DNA of 64,000 bases from Candidatus Obscuribacteraceae bacterium (GTDB lineage Bacteria > Cyanobacteriota > Vampirovibrionia > Obscuribacterales > Obscuribacteraceae): positions 576,001 to 640,000 of the forward strand of contig JBGASG010000001.1 in assembly GCA_044229845.1 (NCBI GenBank). Reading direction: 5' to 3'. Both the position numbers and the translations under genes were made by a program. The notes under the pieces were generated by a model that was not told where the DNA came from, ran no database searches, and saw nothing but the letters and a program-made list of their open reading frames with translations. Below, piece by piece: positions 63,691-64,000 of the stretch; within the stretch, counting starts at the first letter, position 1, and every line of letters starts with the position of its first letter.

Positions 63691-64000
63691 GTTTCAACCT
63701 TGACGCTGAACTCGACGTTCTTCTTCAGGTACTGAACGACCTGGCGCCACGCCTGCGCCCGGTGTGACAGCTTGTTTTTCTCGTCCGGACTCAGTTCGGC
63801 CGCGGTTACCTGACGATTGTTGGGCAGAAAGATCGGGTCGTAGCCGAAGCCGTTTTCGCCGCGTGCCTGCATGGCGATCGTGCCTTCCCAGGCTCTTATC
63901 GACGAATAAGCAACTTCGCCGTCCGGTGTGCACACAACCATGGCGCACATGAAAGCGGCTTGTCGCTTGCTCTCCGGCACACCTTGAAGTTCTTCGAGAA
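63687..64000 (-). CDS. rdgB: RdgB/HAM1 non-canonical purine NTP pyrophosphatase (5' end outside the window)
   Basis: GFGYDPIF and KNKLSHR motifs; frame open to the window edge. Confidence 0.9.
   Translation of the reverse strand, partial: LEELQGVPESKRQAAFMCAMVVCTPDGEVAYSSIRAWEGTIAMQARGENGFGYDPIFLPNNRQVTAAELSPDEKNKLSHRAQAWRQVVQYLKKNVEFSVKVET

Noticed and set aside
1..64000. CRISPR arrays, tRNA/rRNA genes, IS elements, integrases, prophage
   Set aside because: No regularly spaced repeats, cloverleaf/T-loop context, or transposase/integrase/phage motifs seen by eye.

Overview
64 kb of bacterial core chromosome, moderately GC-rich and densely coding. I found no rRNA, tRNA, CRISPR array, transposase or phage gene. 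The mix of TPR proteins, Hanks-type Ser/Thr kinases, M16 peptidases and cyanobacteria-like CtpA proteases, with no photosynthesis genes, suggests a non-photosynthetic cyanobacterial relative (Vampirovibrionia/Melainabacteria, Obscuribacterales-like); this assignment is inference. Recognisable modules: an NAD locus (nrtR regulator, ndh, nadC-nadA-nadB, and two GT-N7-AC NrtR-type palindromes), a CHASE2 histidine kinase/response regulator pair, three Ser/Thr kinases (one probably a pseudokinase), ppdK with its regulatory protein, a divergent BioD-like protein, mtnP, a fused and a split M16 peptidase, two S41 proteases, an acyl-CoA carboxylase beta subunit, a UbiD-family decarboxylase and a partial rdgB. 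The best candidates for new biology are: (1) a ~1211-aa protein at 37187-40822 with beta-rich repeats, a papain-like DQG...GTCW/H/D domain and a Cys/Gly-rich cationic tail, followed by a small partner gene; (2) a secreted protein of 11 tandem ~80-aa helical repeats (60313-63138) preceded by a structured leader; (3) a 41-aa single-TM microprotein with its own terminator (26544-26669). All calls come from reading motifs by eye; no searches were run.
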